A program made the translations under genes and the position numbers. Below are positions 28,901 through 38,700 of a stretch of DNA of 64,000 nucleotides, piece by piece (positions within the stretch are counted from its first letter, which is position 1; each line of letters opens with the position of its first letter). The stretch lies in the IMG/VR virus record IMGVR_UViG_3300033075_001021. One strand, 5' to 3'. The notes below the pieces were generated by a model, which was not told the origin of the DNA, ran no database searches, and was given only the letters and a program-made list of their open reading frames with translations. This stretch comes from a virus. Lineage: Duplodnaviria > Caudoviricetes.

Positions 28901-30795
28901 TCAAAGTTTGGATTGATGTTAAATATATTAACAACACCACTACCTGATGAATGTAAGCTTCTAAAGCTGACACCAAAACCTGATTTAGTACCTGATGTAT
29001 TTGATACATCACCCAAATACAACATTGCTTCTGTTGTACCTGTTGTGTTGTTTCCACCAGCTGTACCAAATGCAACCCTTGTTGTACCAGCACCACCCAA
29101 AAACAACATATTGTTGGCATATAATCTATATTCAGATAATCCCTGTGGATTATAAGAGAATACAGATTGACCACCAAAGAACCTTGTACTATGTGTAGTA
29201 TTCTGTCCTAGTTGAACACTACCACCCACATCTAATTTATATGATGGATTTAACCCAATACCAACGTTAGTACCATCATCAATAATTTGACTATCTGTTA
29301 ATCCAGTTGAACCAGACCACTTAGGTACATAATTGGTTGTACCACTACCAGCAATTATACCATTCTGAAAACCACTGATAGTAACCGTACCACCTGTGTT
29401 ATTCACAATTGATAATGTACCAGCACTATATGTACCACCAGTAATAAAGCTATCTGTTATACCAGTTACCGTAACCGTACCACCAGTATTATTAACTAAA
29501 GACAATACCCTAGTGTTCTGGTTAAATGTACCACCAGTTATTGTTGTATCAGTAAATGTTTGACCAGTTAAGAAACCACCAACACTAAATGTACCACCTG
29601 TGTTATTTACAAATGTAGCTGTTCCGTTACTGTATGTACCACCCGTAACAAAGGTATCTGTAACACCTGTTAAGAATCCACTTATGTTGATACTATTACC
29701 ACTTGAATTAATCAATGATAATATACCAGTAGTTTGGTTATACGTACCACCCGTAATAATACTTGGATTGAACGTATATGTTGTACCAAGATTATCCTCA
29801 AGTGTAATCTGATACAGAGTTGTAAACACATCTTGAATATATGTATTAGGTACACCTGCGTTAAAACCACTTACATTAAATGTACCACCTGTTGTATTTG
29901 TAAAAGTTGCAATACCATTGGTTGGATTATATGTACCACCAGTAACAAATACATCTGTTATACCAGTTATGGTAATAGTACCACCAGTATTATTTGTTAA
30001 TGATAATATTCCAGATGATTTGGTATACGTACCACCAGTGATTGATTCAGGTGTAAATATTTCTGTACCACCAGTACTATTAAATAATAATAAAGAATTA
30101 CCGTTTTGACTTGACCCTGTTAATCGATATGTGTTAATACCTGTTAATTGACTACCATCACCATAAAATGTTGTTGCGGAAATAGTAGTTGCACTAATTG
30201 AATCTGCAATTAAATTCCCAATTGTTAAACCTGTAAAATAATTGATGTACGTATTAAGATTAACACCATCATTTCTAGTAATAATTATTTGATTATTTGA
30301 AAATGTAAGACCTGTTGTATATATATCCTCTGTTGAAAATGATGATAAATCTAGTGTATATGCGGATAAAGCATCGGTTCGATTAAAGTATACTGTTTTC
30401 CCAACAAGAGTAGTTCCTGTTGTATAATAATCCGTAAAACCTGTTACAATAATAGTACTACCATTACTGTTATATAAAGTTAACGTATCGACGTTATTAT
30501 CGAATGTGCCACCAGTTAAATATATATCTCTTGATGAGAATATATCTAATAGATTTGTACCACCACTATAATATGTTGAGGCATAAATCGTGTCAGCCGT
30601 AATTGCGTTGTTTGTATATAAATTACCATCAAAGGTTATAACACCAGTACCCATAAAAATCTTGGTGTCACCTGAACAACCAATAATACTATTTGTGTAA
30701 ACAGCTGTACATGCGCTAATTACTTCTCGATTAACGACTGTTGGTTCAATGATAAAAGTCTCATTAATATTTGTTTGATTATCTAAACAGCTCAT
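25939..30795 (-). CDS. Long tail fibre-like protein with TGGT repeats
   Basis: 1618 aa, very Thr/Gly/Ser-rich; many roughly 30-32-aa units ITGGTY...L.L.N.TGGT.TVTG; fibre motifs (TNVGIG..P..KLDV.G); C-terminal receptor-binding-like domain. Confidence 0.8.
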   Translation of the reverse strand: MSCLDNQTNINETFIIEPTVVNREVISACTAVYTNSIIGCSGDTKIFMGTGVITFDGNLYTNNAITADTIYASTYYSGGTNLLDIFSSRDIYLTGGTFDNNVDTLTLYNSNGSTIIVTGFTDYYTTGTTLVGKTVYFNRTDALSAYTLDLSSFSTEDIYTTGLTFSNNQIIITRNDGVNLNTYINYFTGLTIGNLIADSISATTISATTFYGDGSQLTGINTYRLTGSSQNGNSLLLFNSTGGTEIFTPESITGGTYTKSSGILSLTNNTGGTITITGITDVFVTGGTYNPTNGIATFTNTTGGTFNVSGFNAGVPNTYIQDVFTTLYQITLEDNLGTTYTFNPSIITGGTYNQTTGILSLINSSGNSINISGFLTGVTDTFVTGGTYSNGTATFVNNTGGTFSVGGFLTGQTFTDTTITGGTFNQNTRVLSLVNNTGGTVTVTGITDSFITGGTYSAGTLSIVNNTGGTVTISGFQNGIIAGSGTTNYVPKWSGSTGLTDSQIIDDGTNVGIGLNPSYKLDVGGSVQLGQNTTHSTRFFGGQSVFSYNPQGLSEYRLYANNMLFLGGAGTTRVAFGTAGGNNTTGTTEAMLYLGDVSNTSGTKSGFGVSFRSLHSSGSGVVNIFNINPNFDQASANTSTIRGFYYNPTFSQTLKGTNIAFENTTGNNLLNSAGDNTGIGITGSPTNKLHISAATDPLRVQGLINEVNNTLLNVDVSGIVHTMAVSAVTGQFITGGTYSNGTLSLVNSTGGTVSIAGFTTGTTSGSTSGTSILITGGTYSNGTLTLTNSTGGTVTVTGFTTGTTSGSNVLITGGTFTNNSLTLTNSTGGTVSTRIETFTGITATTNVTVNALSGTSSALAGINSSGTFIALSAATGNTIANTISGNSLISVLTRDFASGLISGAVITINSANTATFNITSGVGYIVDWWTTPGQPTLYPVSISAQTGVTLTYLSSSTLSYIGIDKTGTLVQYSTEPTNSQRRQIILLGQLGHTNLTSIGNVNSFTTTYEGANAKVLDVISELHLINTGNGLSPNGANLKFNKANGYLFGLGVNARNDFSNPNKVNTPSATPVSFKYRTQTGGTGTTITDIDPTKYDVGGVITTIPGSSNAATNQRIYLFPNGNVIVQYGQTIYTSLSNAIAAHTTETFTQYSNVSAAAILIGILSVTKGCTDLSNSTNAIFLPVSKFGESLAGSIGVSTLTLQQTYDNSNTPEIITDSARGALTIQRGSTADTDNIFEGQNGSNVTTSSIDGNGFGKFISLSATSITANSYTITGITSGHEISLYRYANDTNSAGFISYKSRGTSTTPSAIQSGDTIGVFGGRGYFGTGFTSTSKANISLIASENWSSTNQGTYLSFNSTTSGSTNRTEVMKIDNTGLWVNGNKFINGTTISATTYQNLPTDIFTTGGTYTKSSGILTLTNNTGGTFTVTGITDVVTTGGTFNQSTRTLSLTNNTGGTFTVTGITDVVTTGGTYSTSQVVLNNNTGGTTTITRSDFTGWTDYSAIVGITGLTSLTTKQIQYMVMGKTMFVQFDFRCASPNSSGTTTSFTLPFNASSWAGEQRGIIHGVNSTTQATMLWRIVAGTNVVEVANGANDTNFSAWTNATARRIEGQMIINIA
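26378..26535 (-). repeat. 96-nt-period direct repeat within the fibre gene
   Basis: gtaccaccagttgttaccacatctgttatacccgtaacagtaaaggtaccaccagtattatt at 26378 and 26474. Confidence 0.85.
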
Positions 30796-31844
30796 ATTGT
30801 TATACCAATTAGTTTAAATTTACTTGTTACCGTGTTTGACTTATATATTTTTATTGTCACTTGGTCGTTAGGGTTCATTATTATTGGGGTGTTTAAGACG
30901 GTGCCATCAAATACCCCCACTCCATTGATTGAAATTACAATCCTATTTGTGTTTTCGATATCCGTTAATCGTGTAAAACTAACACCATATTTTGCTGTAA
31001 ACGTAAATTCTGGCTCAGAATATGGTTTAAATATAAACGTATAAATTGCACTATTTCCATCAACATTAGAATCAAAAATTATGTTATTAAAAACTTTACT
31101 ATCATCCAATTCAATAAAAGCATATGTTCTATTGATTGTTGGAACAACCTCATAATCAGCCTCATCTAAGATATAACCCATCAATCTCATTTCATATAGT
31201 TGAATATAGAATCTTCTACTATCTAAATCCTCAATATTACTTTCATCGCTAATTGTTTCTAACATAATTGGCATCGGATGTCCCTTTACGTTGATATAGG
31301 CTTGCATTGCATTAAAAGTCTTGTGAATTAAAGTATTTAACTTATTCAAATCCCTCATTTTTTTTGTAAAAATTCTAACTTCGTAGTTAATGTCAACCGA
31401 TGTTGGTTGTGGGATTTTATACAAATCAATACCAGACCTTATTCCATCAAATGTTGGAACTTTCATGTAGGTGTATGTTTTATTACCAGGTATATTGTAA
31501 TTTCCCGCTTGGTTTTGACCAACTTGAATATCTGGTTTTCTAACAATAGTAATTACTGGTAATTGAACATTTTTGTATTTATCACTATGCTGCCAAGTTT
31601 TTGAGAACTCTGACCATCTTTGAAGTGTCATGAATAAAACAGGAACTTTTTGCCCATCTACGGTAATTGATAAATCTTTATTCACAAATTCAACAAATGC
31701 CTCATCCATATCTTCTTCAGAAACACCTCTAGGTAAAAAGGTTCCCTTATTGGTTATACCATCAAGAATCTCTTGTCTTCTTTCAGGCCCAATTTTACTA
31801 GGGTTTATATTAATGTTGTTTCTAAAGCCTTTAGGTACTGCCAT
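30792..31844 (-). CDS. Tail completion/terminator-like protein (T4 gp15-like)
   Basis: 350 aa; KVPVLF...RW, LPVITIVR, IPQPTSVDINYEVRIFT..MRDLNKL; next to the neck gene. Confidence 0.6.
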   Translation of the reverse strand: MAVPKGFRNNININPSKIGPERRQEILDGITNKGTFLPRGVSEEDMDEAFVEFVNKDLSITVDGQKVPVLFMTLQRWSEFSKTWQHSDKYKNVQLPVITIVRKPDIQVGQNQAGNYNIPGNKTYTYMKVPTFDGIRSGIDLYKIPQPTSVDINYEVRIFTKKMRDLNKLNTLIHKTFNAMQAYINVKGHPMPIMLETISDESNIEDLDSRRFYIQLYEMRLMGYILDEADYEVVPTINRTYAFIELDDSKVFNNIIFDSNVDGNSAIYTFIFKPYSEPEFTFTAKYGVSFTRLTDIENTNRIVISINGVGVFDGTVLNTPIIMNPNDQVTIKIYKSNTVTSKFKLIGITI

Positions 31845-31854
31845 GATTTAAAAT

Positions 31855-32376
31855 TTAGACACCACGAAATTCTGATGAATCAGTTGGGGCACATTGAATT
31901 GTTCTAAATGCACCCTTATATCCCATGATTGTATGTTTGTTATCAAAATTCATTATTCCATCGTTTGTTACAACGTAATATCTTATTTCGGTTTCTGTGA
32001 CAGGATATCCAATATAATCACCATAACTAATCTCTGTATTAAGCTCAGTCAATTGTGATACATAAATACCAAACGTTAAATTACCATCTATGATATATCT
32101 ACCAGTAGAATTTGGGTTATAAGTCTTGTTCTCTGGTTCAGCTAGAATTGGTACAACCTTTAATTCGACTGGTGGAAAGAATCTTATCCCATCTTTACTT
32201 GCCTCCCCATATAATGCATCGGCGTCTGTCATCTCTCTATCAACCCTGTACAAAATCAGGGTAAAATTCCCGTCACCCTCAATAGCCTCACGACCCATTC
32301 CAATCTCAAGCATAAAGTCCTCTTCCGAAAAGAACTTATTATTACGTGTTATTGGTGTAATTTTTGAATTTGCCAT
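31855..32376 (-). CDS. Neck/head-closure protein (T4 gp14-like)
   Basis: LILYRVD....DALYGEA....F.PPVEL, GDYIGY...YYVV. Start placed at MANSK (32376) because the ATATTTAT motif at 32387-32394 overlaps the upstream ATG. Confidence 0.6.
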   Translation of the reverse strand: MANSKITPITRNNKFFSEEDFMLEIGMGREAIEGDGNFTLILYRVDREMTDADALYGEASKDGIRFFPPVELKVVPILAEPENKTYNPNSTGRYIIDGNLTFGIYVSQLTELNTEISYGDYIGYPVTETEIRYYVVTNDGIMNFDNKHTIMGYKGAFRTIQCAPTDSSEFRGV

Positions 32377-32422
32377 GTCTTTTTTCATAAATATTTACAA
32401 TAGCCTAAATATTCATAAAGAC

Positions 32423-32453
32423 TTGATTTTATTTAAAATTTTTTGTATATTGG
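32423..32453 (+). promoter_or_regulatory. Bacteroidota-type promoter for the helicase
   Basis: TTG-20 nt-TATATTGG. Confidence 0.55.
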
Positions 32454-32485
32454 TAGTTATAATATGATAAAAAAAACCAGGTAAT

Positions 32486-34339
32486 TTGATTAATTTAGAC
32501 GACATAAAAGGCTATTCAGCGCTTGGATTATTGAAGAACTATTCTGGGATAAACCCCTACATAAGAAAACTTAGAAATGAGTATCTTAAAAACAAGAAGA
32601 TTAAGTTAACCGAAACACAAGCCAAATACGTTATTGAAAATCACCAGAGGGAACCACAACTAATTAACAGGGTAATCGGTATTAGTCGTTTTCTAGGAGA
32701 AGAACTACAAAGAAAAGAAGGTACGACTTTCGTACCAGAAAAAATTCTTATTGAATATGTATTAGCCGAAAACGAAAAATCCTACCATGTTTATGGAAAA
32801 TTAAAACGTAATCAAGTCGATTCAAAAATGTATTGGTTACCAAAAACACAAGTTTTAGAAGACCCATATTTTGAAGCAATAAACATTGAGGTTGATTTCG
32901 ACAAATATAATAAAGTTTTGGCCAAAGATGATAAAACACTCTACGCTCACCAAAAAGAAGGTATTAAGTTCTTATTATCCAGAAATAGCAGTATTTTAGC
33001 TGATGATATGGGTTTAGGGAAGTCAATTCAATCAATTATTGCGGCATTAGAAAGCGGTGCGGAAAGGATTTTAATTGTGTGTCCATCATCTGTTAAAATA
33101 AACTGGAAAAGAGAAATTAACACATTTTGTGACGATGTTACAATTGTTAGTGGTAGAGTATGGCCTAAGAAAATTGGTCGTTTTACCATCATAAACTACG
33201 ATATTCTTAAAAACTTTCATACATTGGGTGACGGAAAAAAGAAAAACCTAGAAGACCCAGTATTAGAACTCAATCGTCAGCTTGTAAATTCAAGATTTAA
33301 CCTTGTTATCATTGATGAAGCCCATGCACTTAAGAACAATAAGAGTATTCGTGGTGAAATCATGACAGATTTAATCGTAAAATACAATATTGAAAGGGCT
33401 TGGCTATTGACAGGTACCCCAATTGCTAATAGACCCATGGATTTCTTTAATCTATTAAAGATTATAAGGGCCCCAATAGCTGAAAATTGGCATTATTTTG
33501 CCCAAAGATACTGTGATGGTAGGAAAATGTTTAGAACACTTAAAAACGGCCAAAAAAAACAAATATGGCTGACTGATGGGGCATCTAACTTAGATGAATT
33601 AGCTGCAAAAACGAAGAATCTTATACTAAGGAGGCTTAAAGAAGAGGTTTTAGATATGCCAGATAAGGTTATTACCCCAGTTTACCATGAATTAACCGAT
33701 AAACAACGGGGTGAATATGAAAAACTCTGGGATGATTACCTTGAAAAACGCAGAGCTGAGAAGAAAAGGGGTTCAATTCAACGTGATTTGGTTGAACTTA
33801 TCCTTTTACGTAAGTTTATTGCCATGGAAGCCATACCAGAAACCATAGAAATGGCTGAAAATGCATTAGAAATGGGTAAAAAGGTGATTATTTTCACCAA
33901 TTTCACTGATGAACTACTTGAATTAGCTGAACATTTTGGTAAAAAGTGTGTTATTCATCACGGACCAATGTCAGAAAAGGAAAAACAACGCTCCGTTGAT
34001 AATTTCCAAAATAATCCAGCAATACGGGTATTTATTGGTAACATAAAGTCTGCTGGTGTTGGTATTACATTAACACAATCCGATGTCGTTATCTTTAATT
34101 CATTTGATTGGGTGCCAGGCTCTAACGAACAAGCTGAAGACAGAGCATATAGGATTGGTCAAAAAAATAATGTTAGTGTTTACTATCAGTTGTTTGAAGA
34201 CACAATCTCAACAAGAATGTGGTCCGTTTTAAGAACTAAAAAAGACGTGATTTCCACTATAATAGGTGATAAAAAGCTTACTGAAGAGGAAATTATTGAA
34301 ATAATGACAGAAAAATTAATCGAAGAAAACGATGGTTAG
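32486..34339 (+). CDS. SNF2-family (SMARCAL1/HARP-like) helicase
   Basis: LADDMGLGKS (Walker A), IIDEAH, LTGTPIAN, KKVIIFTNF, AGVGITLT, QAEDRAYRIGQ. Confidence 0.92.
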   Translation: MINLDDIKGYSALGLLKNYSGINPYIRKLRNEYLKNKKIKLTETQAKYVIENHQREPQLINRVIGISRFLGEELQRKEGTTFVPEKILIEYVLAENEKSYHVYGKLKRNQVDSKMYWLPKTQVLEDPYFEAINIEVDFDKYNKVLAKDDKTLYAHQKEGIKFLLSRNSSILADDMGLGKSIQSIIAALESGAERILIVCPSSVKINWKREINTFCDDVTIVSGRVWPKKIGRFTIINYDILKNFHTLGDGKKKNLEDPVLELNRQLVNSRFNLVIIDEAHALKNNKSIRGEIMTDLIVKYNIERAWLLTGTPIANRPMDFFNLLKIIRAPIAENWHYFAQRYCDGRKMFRTLKNGQKKQIWLTDGASNLDELAAKTKNLILRRLKEEVLDMPDKVITPVYHELTDKQRGEYEKLWDDYLEKRRAEKKRGSIQRDLVELILLRKFIAMEAIPETIEMAENALEMGKKVIIFTNFTDELLELAEHFGKKCVIHHGPMSEKEKQRSVDNFQNNPAIRVFIGNIKSAGVGITLTQSDVVIFNSFDWVPGSNEQAEDRAYRIGQKNNVSVYYQLFEDTISTRMWSVLRTKKDVISTIIGDKKLTEEEIIEIMTEKLIEENDG

Positions 34340-34586
34340 AATATATACAGTCGAAAATTGTCCATACTGCAATGAATTAAAAGGTATTCTTAAAAATGAA
34401 GGTGTTGAATTTGTTGAAGTTGACGTAAACAAACCAGAAAACGAAGCCGAATTTAATAAACTTTTTGAAATAACCAAGTGCGACGATGTCCCAATGGTTA
34501 AAGTTGGAAATCAACTCTTGATTCCACACACATCCTTTAGAAGCATTCGAGAAGCCGCTGATTTAACTAAGAAGTTTTTAGTTTAA
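34332..34586 (+). CDS. Glutaredoxin/NrdH-like redoxin
   Basis: 84 aa; IYTVENCPYC...VP. Confidence 0.88.
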   Translation: MVRIYTVENCPYCNELKGILKNEGVEFVEVDVNKPENEAEFNKLFEITKCDDVPMVKVGNQLLIPHTSFRSIREAADLTKKFLV

Positions 34587-34622
34587 TTCACTATTCTTAA
34601 TATTTATAAAGAAAGAATTAAC

Positions 34623-35771
34623 ATGTCAGTAAGTACAGACGAAAGAGAAAAACTATTTAGACAGTTTAAGCATTCCCTAGGTGCGCCTATCCGTCAAATC
34701 GAATTAACGGATGACCAACTATGCACCCTTTTGGAGATTTCAATCGAAGACTATGCACAATATGTTCAAGAATGGCTAATCGAACACCAATGGATGTCTG
34801 TGTTTGGACAAAACATAGATACCGTTGACATGGCCTTTGCACTAAGTGTTAGGTCTTTAGATTTTGTTAGCCAATACACCTATGCATACTCAAAACAAGT
34901 CGGTCTTCAAACCAATGGTCCATGGGAACTAAAAAAGGATTTTGTTACGCTTGAATCTGGAAGACAAGTATATGAAATCCCAGCGGGTAGAGAAATAAAC
35001 GAGGTTTTATGGTTTACACCAACAGCTGTTAGTCAAGCATTGTTAGCAAATTACGGTGGTATTGACTATGGATTTGGTGGCGGCTTCGCACAAATGGGTG
35101 GTGGTTATGGTACTGCTGGTACTGGTACTGGTGGTGGTCGAAGTGGTTATTATGTTGCCCCAGCTTACGATATTCTCTTAACCGCATCAGATATGAATCT
35201 TAAAAATAAAATCATTAGAAGTGAATTGGTCTATAAGATTACCGCAGGTCCAAACGGAACAAAACTTTTACACCTTCTTTCTACACCAGGTTCTAGATTA
35301 ACCTTTGGCAACGCAATTGGTGGATTAAACTCTTCAATTTCTGTTGCTGGTTGTCAAGTTTGGTATCACTATTACGATACTAGCGGAAGCACTGTCGACC
35401 AATGTAGAAGAGATAATCCAGATATCATAAAACTTCCAAATGAAGTGCCGTTATCAAAGTTAGATTTTTCAACCTTTAATGAGCCAACAAAAACACTTAT
35501 AAGACAATTATTCATAGCAGAAGCTAAAAGAGCTTTAGGTAGAGTAAGAGGTAAATTTGGTGGTATTATTGGCCCTCCAGAAGCTGAAAGGACAATGGAT
35601 TACGAAACACTTATAAGTGAAGGTAATGAAGAAAGAAAAGCGGTTCTTGAAAGATTAGACACAAGGCTTTTAAGGTTATCAAGTACATCACAACTTGAAA
35701 GAGGTGCAAATGAAGCTGAATACTTAAACCGAGCAATGAAATTTAGACCACTTGGTTTTTGGTTATATTAA
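34623..35771 (+). CDS. Neck protein (T4 gp13-like head-tail adaptor)
   Basis: SLGAPIRQIELTDDQL...IEDY and AEAKRALGRVRGKF...L..EG.EE; ATATTTAT motif at 34600-34607. Confidence 0.75.
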   Translation: MSVSTDEREKLFRQFKHSLGAPIRQIELTDDQLCTLLEISIEDYAQYVQEWLIEHQWMSVFGQNIDTVDMAFALSVRSLDFVSQYTYAYSKQVGLQTNGPWELKKDFVTLESGRQVYEIPAGREINEVLWFTPTAVSQALLANYGGIDYGFGGGFAQMGGGYGTAGTGTGGGRSGYYVAPAYDILLTASDMNLKNKIIRSELVYKITAGPNGTKLLHLLSTPGSRLTFGNAIGGLNSSISVAGCQVWYHYYDTSGSTVDQCRRDNPDIIKLPNEVPLSKLDFSTFNEPTKTLIRQLFIAEAKRALGRVRGKFGGIIGPPEAERTMDYETLISEGNEERKAVLERLDTRLLRLSSTSQLERGANEAEYLNRAMKFRPLGFWLY

Positions 35772-35796
35772 AAAAAGGGCCAAGTGGCCCTTTTTT
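35770..35796. terminator. Bidirectional terminator between convergent neck and polymerase genes
   Basis: A7-GGGCC-AAGT-GGCCC-T6. Confidence 0.9.
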
Positions 35797-35797
35797 A

Positions 35798-38700
35798 TTA
35801 GAAATTCCATTCATTAGTGTCTTCTTTTGGTAAACTATTTATAGTCTCCAACAATGACTTGTAATCAATATTAGGATTTGATGTTGTACCAAAACTAGGA
35901 TTTAGTGTTTCAATTTCATCATCCCATGGTGATTTTTTCTTTGTTAGTGTTGGTGGATTTAATGCCAACCTACTAATCTCAATCTCAAAATCAGCTTTTT
36001 GAATTTCAGGTATGTACCCGTCAATCTCAGGTTCTGGTGCTTCTGGGTCATATTCATCGTCATCATCATCATCATTAGATTTTTTCTCTTTCTCTTTAAT
36101 TCTAACCAATACGCCTAATTCAAATTCTTCAACATTTTTCTTAAGTAGGTCGATATTATTCATATCCTTGAGTTCACGTTTCATTTCGTTTCTAACGCTT
36201 TCCTCGACACTCATAATTTTCTGTTCTGATTTGTAATCCAACCATAACTCATATCTGTTTGTATCAGATACACTGTTCATCTGATACCATTTATCCCTCT
36301 CAATTGCATCTTCTTCGTATTTAAAAATATCGTTAATACTTCCAAGTACAACATCCCATTTTCTTGAAATAAATGAAGTGTAATCATCAGATAAAGTTGC
36401 AAACATAAGAATCTCTTGTGGCGGTGTTAACGAAGATTCAAATATTTGAATTTCTTTTAGTTCAAGTTTTTGAAGTATACGGTCAAACTCTTCAAGCTCA
36501 AACTTAATACCATTCTCACGTTCAATACGTTTTCTTTCATGGTAATCTGCTCTTATCATTTCCCACTCATCAACCTCCATATTATTTGGGACTTTATCAA
36601 CACTATCCCAAAACCTAATTTCTTTATCTTCCATTTTCATTAGGTCTTCGTAATAATCGTCTTGGTCCTCTGGCTTATTTGGTACCCCAGCGACCAACTG
36701 ACATTGTAATTCAGTAAAAATATTTTTATCCGTGAGTTTTTCTAGTTTTGTTTTCTTGTCCTTTTTAATTTCGCGAAGAATTTTATCACGTATATCTAAG
36801 TTAAAACAAACAAGCAATGGACGCACCTTTTTATTAAACGCTTCTAAATATTTGGCAACATTATACTCATCTGTTAATAATTCAGATTCCATACTAGCAA
36901 TCCTTGCATTCAACTCATTAATCTTTTCGGTATCCGATGGGTCACAAGCAGCAATCATTTTTTGTAAACTCTCAATATCTTTTAACGTTTCAAGATTAGT
37001 CTCTACGGTAACGGTATCAAGTAATTTACAATTTAATATTGTTTGTGACTCAAACTTTGGTGCATGACCATTATTGATTTCATATTGCAGTAATTGTTTT
37101 TTTGTCATTTTAGACCTTACAATAGTTTGACAATCACCATCGGTTTTCGACTTACCCGTATTAACGTAATATATGGTGTCACCTAGATTAACATCCAACT
37201 CATTAGCAATTGCCAACTCCATGTGCGCTTGTTTTGGCATTGGATTACCAGCTTTATTCTTTTTCAACGACTTCTTTTTGTAGTCTTGAATGGTTGATTT
37301 AACTTTTGATTTAGACGCAATTTTTACAAGTGGAATATTGTAGTTGTATATTTTATCAACATATTCATGGTAGTAGCTAATAAACTCTTTTCCTTTACCA
37401 TCAAGCAATAAAGCAATTGCTTTATTGATAAAATCCTCAATATATACTGGCATCTTTTTAGACTTGATTGAGTTACCAACCAATTTAAGTTTACCATTTA
37501 GTAGATTAGCGTAGTTTTTCCTTGAGAAGTTAATCGTAGACTCATAGATATCATCTATATCCAATCCCATTCTACCAATCATAAAGTTTTCATTGAATTC
37601 AGCAAGAACGGCATCTAAACCAAAAAGTTCTTTACCAGCATCCTCTTTAGTTTTCCAATGAGAACCTTTAGCAACATATTTTACCGAATTGATACTTTCA
37701 GGGAATTCAAAGTTAAAACCATCGGTATCACCCACAAGCGGATTGAAACCATATTTTTCTTTAAAGTGTCTTACCATTAAACGAAGATACTGACGACCAC
37801 GACAAGTTGTTTCTTCAGCACAATTGGTATCACCCCAATTAAAAATATACGGTGCACCATAAGCACCAAACCAAGAGTTTGCAAGAATCTTAAGAGGTAA
37901 TTGTTTTTTATCATAAAGGCTTGCTAACGCCTTATGTTCTCTAAGTTGTTCTTTTAATTTCTTAAGTTCTTCTTTTGATAATGTGTCCTTAAGGTCGTCT
38001 ATTTTTCTTTGTATTTCCTTAGCCTTTGCTTTTTCTTCACCTGTTAGGAATTTATATTTGTCACGGGTATCAACAATATAAGTTAACAACCCAGCCATCA
38101 CACCGCTAATATCAAGGTCTGGAAATATTTCATGCGTTAATTGATTCTTAGGATAAAGAGCGGCGTAGTCAAACTTAACAACGTTTCTAGAATAACCAAC
38201 GCTAAGCAATCTTGAAAGACCACCAGTAAAATCACGTTTTGTTTCTGTTTCAGGTATAGCCAAATCATTTTCATACGACCATGCAGACATAATTAATTTC
38301 CACTGGCTAGCTGTACCCATGGTAGAACTTCTACTGTAAGAAGTTGGAAGCAGTTTAGATATCAAAAATGCTGCTTGATTGTATATTGTATCAACTTGTT
38401 CTGTTTCCCATAAATCATCCAAAAGATATCTTTGAACAATAAAGTTACCCTTAACCTTTTTATAACCATCATTTAATGGCATCCTATCAGTTATCTTATA
38501 GAAGTCACCATTTTTATCATTGAAAGCGTAATCGGTCTTTTCATCAGCCCAAGTTGAATAAATTTTATCACCTTGAACATATACACGATTTTCTTTAGCA
38601 ACACCAGAGTATTTCGTGATGTATTTTAAGTTCCATTTTTTAATATCGGAATTAATTGCTTGGGCTCTACGTACAGCGTGTGCAATATCGATTACATTAT